IMG/VR virus record: IMGVR_UViG_3300028610_000533 | Coordinates: 1-50,710 of that record | DNA from: a virus | Lineage: Duplodnaviria; Caudoviricetes | DNA length: 50,710 nucleotides | Reading direction: 5' to 3' (one strand) | Shown: positions 19,606 through 27,177 of the stretch, piece by piece | Layout: every line of letters starts with the position of its first letter | Numbering within the stretch: the stretch's first letter is position 1 | The notes under the pieces: model-generated | Told to the model about the DNA's origin: nothing | Database searches by the model: none | Seen by the model: only the letters and a program-made list of their open reading frames with translations | Translations under genes and position numbers: made by a program

Positions 19606-19963
19606 TATTCTCCTTTGGCTTGAGCATGTCGGCGGCCTGCTGCATGGCCTCAAGCTGGTCTTTGTCAAGATTACCGCTGTTCCTGAACTCGTTAAATAGT
19701 CTCTCCAACGCCTCCCGCAGCCGTGTATTGTCGTCCAATAGGTCGGGGGTGTCTTGGCGGGCGTGGGCGATGAAGGTCCTGTCATTTTCAGGGAACGCCC
19801 CACCTTCCGGCTCAGCATAAACGCTTTGTGTACGACTGGTTTTTGCGATTAAGACCCGATGGCAAAATCCTTCCGGATCATCCTTAGGGCTTGTTCCGTC
19901 CAGATACCACGGCCCTTCCGTCGCCGCCTCGCACCGCTTCCTGATGGCGTCTAAGTCAATCAT
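19580..19963 (-). CDS. Ead/Ea22-like protein
   Basis: LDAIRKRCEAATEGPW...NDRTFIAHARQDTPDLL family motif. Confidence 0.7.
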   Translation of the reverse strand: MIDLDAIRKRCEAATEGPWYLDGTSPKDDPEGFCHRVLIAKTSRTQSVYAEPEGGAFPENDRTFIAHARQDTPDLLDDNTRLREALERLFNEFRNSGNLDKDQLEAMQQAADMLKPKENNEKQETNP

Positions 19964-20219
19964 GGTTTGCCTCCAGTCCTACAATCCAATAGCTATCAAC
20001 CCAATACTCCTTGCCCGTCTGTATACTTATCAAACGCACACGCAGGTAGTCAGAAGATACGTGAGTAATTCGCCCTGTGTAAATCGGGCCACTATCCACG
20101 CGCCGATACTTGATCTCGTCTCCAACGTAAAACAGATCAGCGAACTCGGCGGACAGTTTGGCTCTTACGTTGTCCATTCTTTTCCGCAAACTCTTATACG
20201 TTCTCGTATCTTTTCTCAT
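19956..20219 (-). CDS. Hypothetical protein (SH3-like beta C-terminus)
   Basis: ORF in the gene train. Confidence 0.5.
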   Translation of the reverse strand: MRKDTRTYKSLRKRMDNVRAKLSAEFADLFYVGDEIKYRRVDSGPIYTGRITHVSSDYLRVRLISIQTGKEYWVDSYWIVGLEANHD

Positions 20220-20270
20220 TCTTTTGCATCCTTACCATCTAATCGTTCGCCTCTGTATTTGCCTATATCT

Positions 20271-20510
20271 CTATTCATTGGGGGAGTCCTTAAAGGCTTT
20301 CCTGCACTCCGGGCAATAAGATTTTCGCCCACGAAACAACCAACCTTCTCGCACGGCCTCTTCTTTGTAAGCCTTTTTTGTTTCGTGGCCTGAATCGCCG
20401 CCATGAGCCTCACTGTATTCCATGCGGCCAGAAACACTATTGAGCCATGCACATGTGCAATTCTCACTGTTGCTGTCACAATACAAATAAACTTGTGCGA
20501 CAAGACCCAT
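20271..20510 (-). CDS. Small Zn-finger protein
   Basis: CDS..C...A.REGW.....YCPEC. Confidence 0.55.
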   Translation of the reverse strand: MGLVAQVYLYCDSNSENCTCAWLNSVSGRMEYSEAHGGDSGHETKKAYKEEAVREGWLFRGRKSYCPECRKAFKDSPNE

Positions 20511-20861
20511 CTAATCCACCTCCAAAATACTCGCAACCCGATAAGCCTCAGACCCGTGCCCGTCACAAACATAAGCATCCAGAGCAAAATCCGTGTGAGG
20601 TCCGTAATCGCCGTCTGCGTCGAGCTTGTTGCCGTCCTCGTCGCGGTAGTCCAGCTTATTCAGTATCTCTTGCATTGTCTCGATGGTCTTGTACTTGCCG
20701 TCGAAGTCGAGAAAGTAGATGGCCGGGGCGGTTTGATGGGATGGAATTGGAGGAGGAACCGCCGCCGACCTTGAAGTGCGAATCATCAATGACCCTGTAA
20801 TTACCGAGCCGCATACGAACGCTATTGTTATTGCTATGAATGCCTTATAGTTATCTTTCAT
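20511..20861 (-). CDS. Membrane-anchored protein with a peptidoglycan-binding-like motif
   Basis: N-terminal TM, Pro linker and MQEILNKLDY......LDADGDYGPHT, which matches the PG_binding_1 pattern. Confidence 0.6.
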   Translation of the reverse strand: MKDNYKAFIAITIAFVCGSVITGSLMIRTSRSAAVPPPIPSHQTAPAIYFLDFDGKYKTIETMQEILNKLDYRDEDGNKLDADGDYGPHTDFALDAYVCDGHGSEAYRVASILEVD

Positions 20862-20880
20862 TTTGGTTCTCCTGCAATAA

Positions 20881-21048
20881 TTAAGCAACTTGGAAGAATT
20901 CAAAGTTGCCGTAATCATCATCATAACTGAGGTCTTCGTCTTCGATAGAATCTAAAACCTGTTGCTTTGTTGGTTCTGTGTCCCACTCGCAATGAAAGAC
21001 ATAGACTTCTTCCAATTCTCTGTGAACTTTAATGCAATATAACGCCAT
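20881..21048 (-). CDS. Small acidic protein (55 aa, not in the ORF track)
   Basis: MALYCIKVHRELEEVYVFHCEWDTEPTKQQVLDSIEDEDLSYDDDYGNFEFFQVA, with an AGGA SD. Confidence 0.5.
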   Translation of the reverse strand: MALYCIKVHRELEEVYVFHCEWDTEPTKQQVLDSIEDEDLSYDDDYGNFEFFQVA

Positions 21049-21071
21049 CTTTCAATTCCTTTCCCAAATTA

Positions 21072-21271
21072 AGCGAGAAGCGGGCAGGATTGCGAATCCC
21101 ACTTGGACATTGTTGAGACAAGTCCCACAAACACAACTCACGGATGCGTGCCGTATACTACAATGGTAGTTCCATAGCGTGCCAGTTCCACCGTCAGCCG
21201 GAGCCAACGGGCCGCGTATCGGCTATTAACCCACTTCTTTGGCGTGTCGCACCACACCGCCGCTTCTCGCT
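21072..21271 (-). ncRNA. tRNA-like structured RNA with a large internal insertion
   Basis: 12-bp closing stem (21072-83 / 21260-71); D-like arm GCGGTGTGGTGCGACACGC; T-like arm GTGGGATTCGCAATCCTGC next to the 3' strand. Confidence 0.5.
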
Positions 21272-21399
21272 ATTTACTTTTCAAATAATGCCCGCTTAAA
21301 AGCTGCTGAGCACAATTCCACGGGCTTACTAAATTGTTATCGCTCTGGATTGACGGGATTCACTCCACGTTTCGCAGACCTTCGTTGGCTTTCGCCTAT

Positions 21400-21483
21400 T
21401 GCCTCCGACCGGAATCGAACCGGCACGCTACGTCTGGGTCTTTCGACTTACTCGCTTGCTCTACCAATATGAGCTACGGAGGA
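21400..21483 (-). tRNA. tRNA-like RNA / atypical tRNA with no assignable anticodon
   Basis: Acceptor stem CCTCCG/CGGAGG, D arm GCTC-ATATTGGTA-GAGC and T arm GCCGG-TTCGATT-CCGGT. The anticodon arm is replaced by a longer segment with a GTC-GAAA-GAC hairpin. Confidence 0.6.
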
Positions 21484-21604
21484 ACCTTTGCGGCATATTC
21501 CTGTCATTACTTGCCCTCGGCTACGGTTTAACACAGGACCGGAGCAAGTGCCGCATTTCCACAGCCACGAGGTAGATACCTGCTGATGGGCTGTGTAGTC
21601 AGGA

Positions 21605-21820
21605 GGGAACGGGCACCACGCTGTTACACGGCGACGGCATAGCTACATTATCCTTACCTGCCGAGACGTTGTTCACCCGTTCCCATTATTCTATTTCTAA
21701 AGAGCAACTAATCGCCGAGCCCGATGTGGATTTGCAAAACACTATTTAGCAGGTTCATCGTATTCCTCCGCAAATTTAACAATCATTTACAGTGGTACTC
21801 GTTATGCCCGGCGATTAGTT
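21605..21820 (-). ncRNA. Two further long-stem structured elements separated by a boxA-like motif
   Basis: Inverted repeats 21605-13/21676-84 (9 bp) and 21706-17/21809-20 (12 bp); TTGCTCTTTAGAAA on the - strand at 21694-21707. Confidence 0.4.
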
Positions 21821-21821
21821 T

Positions 21822-22304
21822 TCATTTAGCCTGACGTTTCTGTGTAGCCCACATCTGACTGAGCTTGCGGATGAATTCGTTAATAGAATCGGGTTCAATG
21901 ACAATCTTTTCTATGGCATCCTTAATAACCAAGCATCCCACTCCACTCCAATAGCCTGTATATTTGCCAAGATCAAACTCCGTCACCTCTTCCTGTAATG
22001 CCTTGAGGTCGTCGAAGATGTTGCCAAGGCGATATTTAGATGGAATATGCTCATCGGCCCGTCGTTGCCCGCCTTGATCGGCATAAAATGCCTTTGGGCT
22101 ACCAACTAAAGTAGATTGTTCTGCCACCACAAACCGCTCATTGGTTTCGTCTATTCCATAATCCCCATGCCGCAGCTTCGGATTCTCGGCTTCGGCTATC
22201 TGAGCATTAATCTTCCCTAATGCCTCGTCAAACTTACTGTCAATGCCGTTCATGGCGAGTCTGTGGTCACGGACAAGCTGCTCTCTTTGTTCTTTAAGGT
22301 TCAT
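21822..22304 (-). CDS. Hypothetical protein
   Basis: AGGAG SD; N-terminal coiled coil. Confidence 0.6.
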   Translation of the reverse strand: MNLKEQREQLVRDHRLAMNGIDSKFDEALGKINAQIAEAENPKLRHGDYGIDETNERFVVAEQSTLVGSPKAFYADQGGQRRADEHIPSKYRLGNIFDDLKALQEEVTEFDLGKYTGYWSGVGCLVIKDAIEKIVIEPDSINEFIRKLSQMWATQKRQAK

Positions 22305-22312
22305 GTTATCTC

Positions 22313-22639
22313 CTATGTGTGTGAGAAATATCTAAATACAGACTGGCATCCATTCAATTCATTGTAAATGCCCCGCAACTTCTCGATAGTGATCTTATAC
22401 ACACCCTCTGCTTCAAATTTTGCAATCAGGGCCTCATTGCATTCTCCCTCGGCAAGCTTATTGCAAATAGTGGCTGGCTCTCCCTTAGCACGCAACTTGA
22501 TTAGGGCAACCTGAAACTCGCGGGCATATCTACCATTTGCCCTCGCCATAGCAGTTACCAGCGACGGTAATGTATCCCGACACTTCTTGGCATCTTCAAT
22601 CTTACGATCAATTTGCCTTGCTCTATCAATTAGTTCCAT
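22313..22639 (-). CDS. Helical hypothetical protein (possible recombination accessory)
   Basis: All-helical; follows the SSB-like gene. Confidence 0.55.
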   Translation of the reverse strand: MELIDRARQIDRKIEDAKKCRDTLPSLVTAMARANGRYAREFQVALIKLRAKGEPATICNKLAEGECNEALIAKFEAEGVYKITIEKLRGIYNELNGCQSVFRYFSHT

Positions 22640-22652
22640 TGGTCACTCCATG

Positions 22653-23282
22653 CTAAAAAGGAATATCGTCGGCGGGCGGAGCATCAGGATGGTCGCCCAC
22701 GTAATCAGGATTGTCACCGAATACTTCCTGCCCCCTCGCCATTGCTTGATGTTCTTGCGATGCAAGGATGATTTTCTTGATGCCGTCTGAAATGTCTGGC
22801 GAAATATTGCCTTGATGCTCAGTGATAGAATATTTGAGAATCTTATGCTCCGGTGATTTCTTTGGCATACCCGTCATTAGCGGCGTCACAGTTGCAACCT
22901 TCGCCTTGCCTTTTTCGTCATGGATGATTTGCAGTTGGCAATTGGCGGTAAGGATATTGAACAGGTCGAATTCAAGCAATTCCTCTTTAGTGAAATTCCG
23001 ACCCCGCCATGTAATCAGGTCTTTGTATAAGTTCGCCTTTTCATTAAGTGACAGGGTATAGAACTTAGACTGAGTTGCAGGCATGTTGATTTGCTCTCCG
23101 TCTTTGTCGTATTCCATTCGCTCATTCGGCAATTCCCATATAACGAGAACTTGACTTTGCTCGTTGCCAAATTTCTCGTTATAGTGTGTGCCCAACTGAA
23201 TCACAGCATAACATACCGCATGATGTGTTCCAGCCGGAGCAGGCTTAAAATCACCTCCTGTTTGACTTACTGGTAGTCCCAT
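22653..23282 (-). CDS. Single-stranded DNA-binding-like protein
   Basis: GGDFKPAPAGTHHAVC...LGT N-terminus and the acidic SSB-type C-terminal tail ADDIPF. Confidence 0.7.
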   Translation of the reverse strand: MGLPVSQTGGDFKPAPAGTHHAVCYAVIQLGTHYNEKFGNEQSQVLVIWELPNERMEYDKDGEQINMPATQSKFYTLSLNEKANLYKDLITWRGRNFTKEELLEFDLFNILTANCQLQIIHDEKGKAKVATVTPLMTGMPKKSPEHKILKYSITEHQGNISPDISDGIKKIILASQEHQAMARGQEVFGDNPDYVGDHPDAPPADDIPF

Positions 23283-23523
23283 TCTGTTTCCCTTTCTTAA
23301 TAGGTTCCATTGCGTCCCATGTTTCATCCGGTTTACGTTCCGAATTAGTTAAGTCTATGCCGTCTGCTTTGGCAAGTTCAATCTGTTGCATTGGTTTGCG
23401 TACCATCGGCTAATTCCCAACTGACATCATCATCTAATAAATATGGGCATCTATGTGGCGTGCTGGGGCCATTACTTTCCAACTTGCACGGGTCATCTTT
23501 GCCACATTCGTCACATATCCATT

Positions 23524-23691
23524 TCATTCGTTCACCTCTACCATCTTCTTAACCAAATCCCATACTATTTCAACCTGACAATGCTCTAAGTGGGGTAACT
23601 GCTGTTCGATATACTCCTCTTGCTCCATTCGCTCGGCGGCTATGTTATTCCTGGCACTGTCTATTATGGATTGGATTGCAGTTTTAGTCAT
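23524..23691 (-). CDS. Hypothetical protein
   Basis: Short ORF in the gene train. Confidence 0.4.
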   Translation of the reverse strand: MTKTAIQSIIDSARNNIAAERMEQEEYIEQQLPHLEHCQVEIVWDLVKKMVEVNE

Positions 23692-23844
23692 ACTGTACAC
23701 CCGCAATGCTGAATTGTATAAACATGCCTGTCTTTTGGATTCGTTGGTTTTACGGTTAGTTGTCGCTGTCGCCACGTCACAAAATACCCACAAATAGGGC
23801 ACTCGTCATAGAATATCATATACCAATGTCGTTTATGTTTCATT

Positions 23845-24159
23845 TCAACCTCTCAATCTGTCATAAAACTTCGCCAGTGCAATCGGGGACGAATTATTTA
23901 GTGCTGATTCCAGTTCATCTTCGGTACAGTCAAAACACATATCATTCGGATATAATAGTACGCTCTCTTTTCCACACCCCCCACAGTCACCGCCCATTGT
24001 CCCTGCATCGTAAATTGCTTTCATCGCATCTTTCCGCTTTAGGGCTATAGTTGGCAGGGGAGCAATAGGTACTCTGCCGTCACGCCCCGCGAGGTAATCG
24101 TCATAGGCTTCTTCGCGGTCCCTGTCTGCTTCTGTTCGGGCTGTGGTGTATTGGTACAT
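23845..24159 (-). CDS. Hypothetical protein with CxxC pairs
   Basis: CGGCG...CFDC; GGAGG SD. Confidence 0.5.
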   Translation of the reverse strand: MYQYTTARTEADRDREEAYDDYLAGRDGRVPIAPLPTIALKRKDAMKAIYDAGTMGGDCGGCGKESVLLYPNDMCFDCTEDELESALNNSSPIALAKFYDRLRG

Positions 24160-24438
24160 TTAGCCTGCCTCCGGCATTGGTATTGTTGCCAATTCATCTT
24201 CTGGTATGAACAGTGAGTCCCACCGGCCTTCCGTTCCCATACACGCATTCCATCCACGGGACATATTCTTTTTGGTATATCTCATGCTTTCGTAACCCGT
24301 AACGCCACCGTCCACTATAGAAAACCATAACCCATCAAGGCCAGGGTATGGTTTTATTTCTACAGTGATATCTACGAACGTTTCCGCCTTTGTTGTGTGG
24401 TGTCCACGGATAGCTTTAATCTGGAACTGTGTTTTCAC
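24160..24438 (-). CDS. Hypothetical protein
   Basis: GGAGGT SD, GTG start. Confidence 0.55.
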   Translation of the reverse strand: MKTQFQIKAIRGHHTTKAETFVDITVEIKPYPGLDGLWFSIVDGGVTGYESMRYTKKNMSRGWNACMGTEGRWDSLFIPEDELATIPMPEAG

Positions 24439-24845
24439 GGTTTCACCTCCGCCAAAGCAAGAGCGGCCTTGGATTCATAGCACCATTGGCATTGAGTCGG
24501 CTCGCCGTGGTTGTCGTAATAACCACCAGAACCATCACAGCAAGGGCATTTCGCAGCCTTTAGCATTTCCACCAACGCATCATGGCTGTTATGCTCAAGC
24601 ACGATCCGGGCGGCAATTTCAGGAGTGGTACAACTTGCAATTGGGCCACTATTAGCAGTACAAATATAACAAGAGGTTTCGGTAAGTAATTTCCATTTCT
24701 CAGCCGTTTGGTGTTCAAGCCCGTTGCAATTGTTTACAATATCGCAAGGGATATTATGTTCTCCACAGATGGGTTGTGCGAGTAGTTTCGCGGCGGCGTC
24801 TGTGTGCCGACATAAATTGCAACGCTTACAAATCTCACGATCCAT
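24435..24845 (-). CDS. Cys-rich hypothetical protein
   Basis: Multiple CxxC motifs; HNSHDALVEML motif typical of small phage proteins. Confidence 0.5.
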   Translation of the reverse strand: MDREICKRCNLCRHTDAAAKLLAQPICGEHNIPCDIVNNCNGLEHQTAEKWKLLTETSCYICTANSGPIASCTTPEIAARIVLEHNSHDALVEMLKAAKCPCCDGSGGYYDNHGEPTQCQWCYESKAALALAEVKP

Positions 24846-25344
24846 TATTATCCCTCCACTTCTCGATTGCCTTTTGCATAGTCTCGTCTGATATATCGTC
24901 GGGGGTAGCGTCTTTGTCGTTGATCTTAATTGTTATCTCGATCTCCGGCTTGCGGATGGGGCGGGCGTATTTGAATGCGCTCCTTATACAAATAACAGGC
25001 CATGTGCTACCCGGAGCATAACCACGGAAAATATTCTTTTTCCAATCCTGCCCGGAACTATCCCGCACTTCTATCTCCTCGCCCCACTCGAAGGCATAGC
25101 CGAGAATCATTTCGTCAACAATGGTAAACCGCTCCTTGTTGGGCAACACTGACTTGTAAGCCTCCGTGCTATAGGGCTTTAGCTCAAGTGTCCTGTCTGT
25201 TCCTTGTAATGCGAATTCCATTTCAGGAGTAAAATGGATTATCTCTACCCCGCACACAATATGGCCCGTATCATCCAGCCCATACTTCTGCTCCATCAAT
25301 CCCCACGGCTTAATTACAACCTCGTCACCTTTTTTGTATTTCAT
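24835..25344 (-). CDS. Hypothetical protein
   Basis: MKYKKGDEV start; TAATG-coupled. Confidence 0.6.
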   Translation of the reverse strand: MKYKKGDEVVIKPWGLMEQKYGLDDTGHIVCGVEIIHFTPEMEFALQGTDRTLELKPYSTEAYKSVLPNKERFTIVDEMILGYAFEWGEEIEVRDSSGQDWKKNIFRGYAPGSTWPVICIRSAFKYARPIRKPEIEITIKINDKDATPDDISDETMQKAIEKWRDNNGS

Positions 25345-25547
25345 TATTCTATCCTCACAAAATTAGCTGCGTTTTCCATTTCTTCTATCTTTGCCGTACA
25401 GCAGTCCCAATCTCTCAGATACTCCCACGCGTCGTCAGCCCGCTTCTGGCAGTCTTCCGTGCTTTGGTGGGGGTCAAGCACTGCAATTGCTCTTTCCCAC
25501 CTTATACGGGCGTCTACGGCGTCTGCTTTTAGCTGGACGTAGGTCAT
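25344..25547 (-). CDS. Hypothetical protein
   Basis: Coupled ORF. Confidence 0.45.
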   Translation of the reverse strand: MTYVQLKADAVDARIRWERAIAVLDPHQSTEDCQKRADDAWEYLRDWDCCTAKIEEMENAANFVRIE

Positions 25548-25927
25548 TTACTCACCATTATCTTACGGGCCTTTTTCATGTTACGGATTAACTCTCGGAT
25601 TGCTTGGCGGACAGGGGCGATGGGGCCGCCGTCGATTAGCCCGTGTATTGCGGTTCGTGTATTACCCCATCCTTGTTTTGAGCAGTGTGTTTCACCATGA
25701 GCCCAAATGGGACATTTACCGCACTGCGTTACCCCGTGCCTATCCCTTCCAACATGGATGCAACAAGCGCAATAATGACACCAGATATAATCTATGCTCG
25801 TCCGTTCAAATTTCGCCCGCAATGCTTTCGCGGGGGCTTTGAGCATCTGTGTATACTTCTCAATACAGTTATCCAATGCCGCCAATGGTCCCTTTTTGGC
25901 AGCCCGCTCTACTTCTGTTTTTGTCAT
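25544..25927 (-). CDS. Cys-rich hypothetical protein
   Basis: CACC...CGKCPI...C cluster. Confidence 0.5.
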   Translation of the reverse strand: MTKTEVERAAKKGPLAALDNCIEKYTQMLKAPAKALRAKFERTSIDYIWCHYCACCIHVGRDRHGVTQCGKCPIWAHGETHCSKQGWGNTRTAIHGLIDGGPIAPVRQAIRELIRNMKKARKIMVSK

Positions 25928-26175
25928 CCACTTCACAGCACACCCCCAAACAAAGCCCATAGTATCAGGCCACCTACAAAGATAGCAGAAGCACATTCCA
26001 GAATGTCTTTTGTCTTACACATGATTATCTCCAAAAATTGGCCCAGACAGGAATCGGAACCTGTGCTGGGCCGTCTCCATGAGAGGAGGTGTGATGTTTG
26101 TGTTCCGATTCATTCCGATTACTCCGATTTAATTAGCTTACAATAGACCCTAACCTATTTTTGGGCAAAGTCAAA

Positions 26176-26466
26176 TTATTTCTTCCCGCCCAATGCTTTT
26201 TTGATCTGGGGATTGGTAGCCTCGATATACTTTTTCATCTCAGCCTCAGAAGCAATAGCCATAGCCATGCGGAACTCTACTGCCCCCCTGTGCATCATTG
26301 TCTGGCGGTTCTTTGCCACTGCCGACATCATCTTAACGGCAATCTTAACCTTGTCGCTATCCGCGTCGATCTGGTCGCTCAGGGCTTGCTGGATGATATC
26401 CATAGACCTGTTCTCAATTGCGCTCATTTTGTCCGCTTTTGCTTCTGTCATCGTTAAAGTGTTCAT
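26176..26466 (-). CDS. Small helical protein immediately downstream of the pentamer array (candidate accessory gene)
   Basis: GAAAGGA SD and ATG are embedded in the last array unit; 96-aa predicted all-helical protein. Confidence 0.65.
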   Translation of the reverse strand: MNTLTMTEAKADKMSAIENRSMDIIQQALSDQIDADSDKVKIAVKMMSAVAKNRQTMMHRGAVEFRMAMAIASEAEMKKYIEATNPQIKKALGGKK

Positions 26467-27177
26467 TTCATTTCCTTTCTCATATGGTCTGTTCATTTCG
26501 CCTTGCTTTCGTCTCGAATCAAATCGTGTCCGCTTCTCTCATCTACAATCAGCTTGTTTTCGCCTCAAGTCTTGTCCATTTCACTCAACTCAACTCAAAT
26601 TGCTTTCACTTCAACTCACATCTTTTTTCATCAAGCCAACTCATCGCTATTTGTTTTCAATTCAAGTCACATTTCATCTCTTCCATTCACATTGATTCGA
26701 TTCGCGTCCCGTTGTTCTCGCTTCAAATCTAATCCTCGCCTATCAAATCACTTCTCATGGCCTCACTTTGCTTTCAAGTCAAATCTCATCGTGTCCGTTC
26801 TCGTCCCATCATTTCCGCTCCACTTGATTTCAACTCTAATCTCATCCACTCGGCTTTATTCGGATTCTCTCCGTTCTCATTGTTTTCAACTCCAATCGCT
26901 TATCCTGCCTTCGCTTCTTGTGTCCTCTGTTCAGCTTGTTTTCAGTTCACATCCAATTCTCTCGGCTCTGGTCCAATCGACTCCGATCTCGTTGCTTTCA
27001 GATCTAAACAAATCATGTCTACTCAAATCGAGTGCCATCATATCAGCTTGCTTTCGTTTCTGCTCACGTCAATTCGCCTTCCATCGTTTCCATTCGTGTC
27101 CTATCACGTCTGATCATCTTGTTTTCAAATCTTCTCCCGTTCTCTCTTTACTGATCAGTTCAAATCACTTTGCTTTC
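26463..27177 (-). repeat. Array of 13 units, each a handle GAAA(A/G)CAA plus 8-13 NNN-GA pentamers (putative guide-RNA array, VIPR-like)
   Basis: The + strand motif TTGYTTTC (two copies have one mismatch) starts at 26503, 26554, 26600, 26651, 26712, 26768, 26824, 26880, 26936, 26992, 27048, 27119 and 27170. All spacings are 6+5n nt (46-71). By hand count 105 of 127 pentamers carry TC (GA on the - strand) in register. Confidence 0.9.

Noticed and set aside
26040-26073. Hairpin with a T-loop-like sequence, considered as a tRNA
   Set aside because: Only a minihelix-like stem is present, with no D or anticodon arm. It is more likely a processing or termination hairpin downstream of the array cassette.
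26463-27177. Canonical CRISPR array or simple microsatellite
   Set aside because: The repeats are only 8-9 nt, the inter-repeat segments have an internal 5-nt register, the pentamers are not identical, and no cas1/2/5/6 genes were seen.
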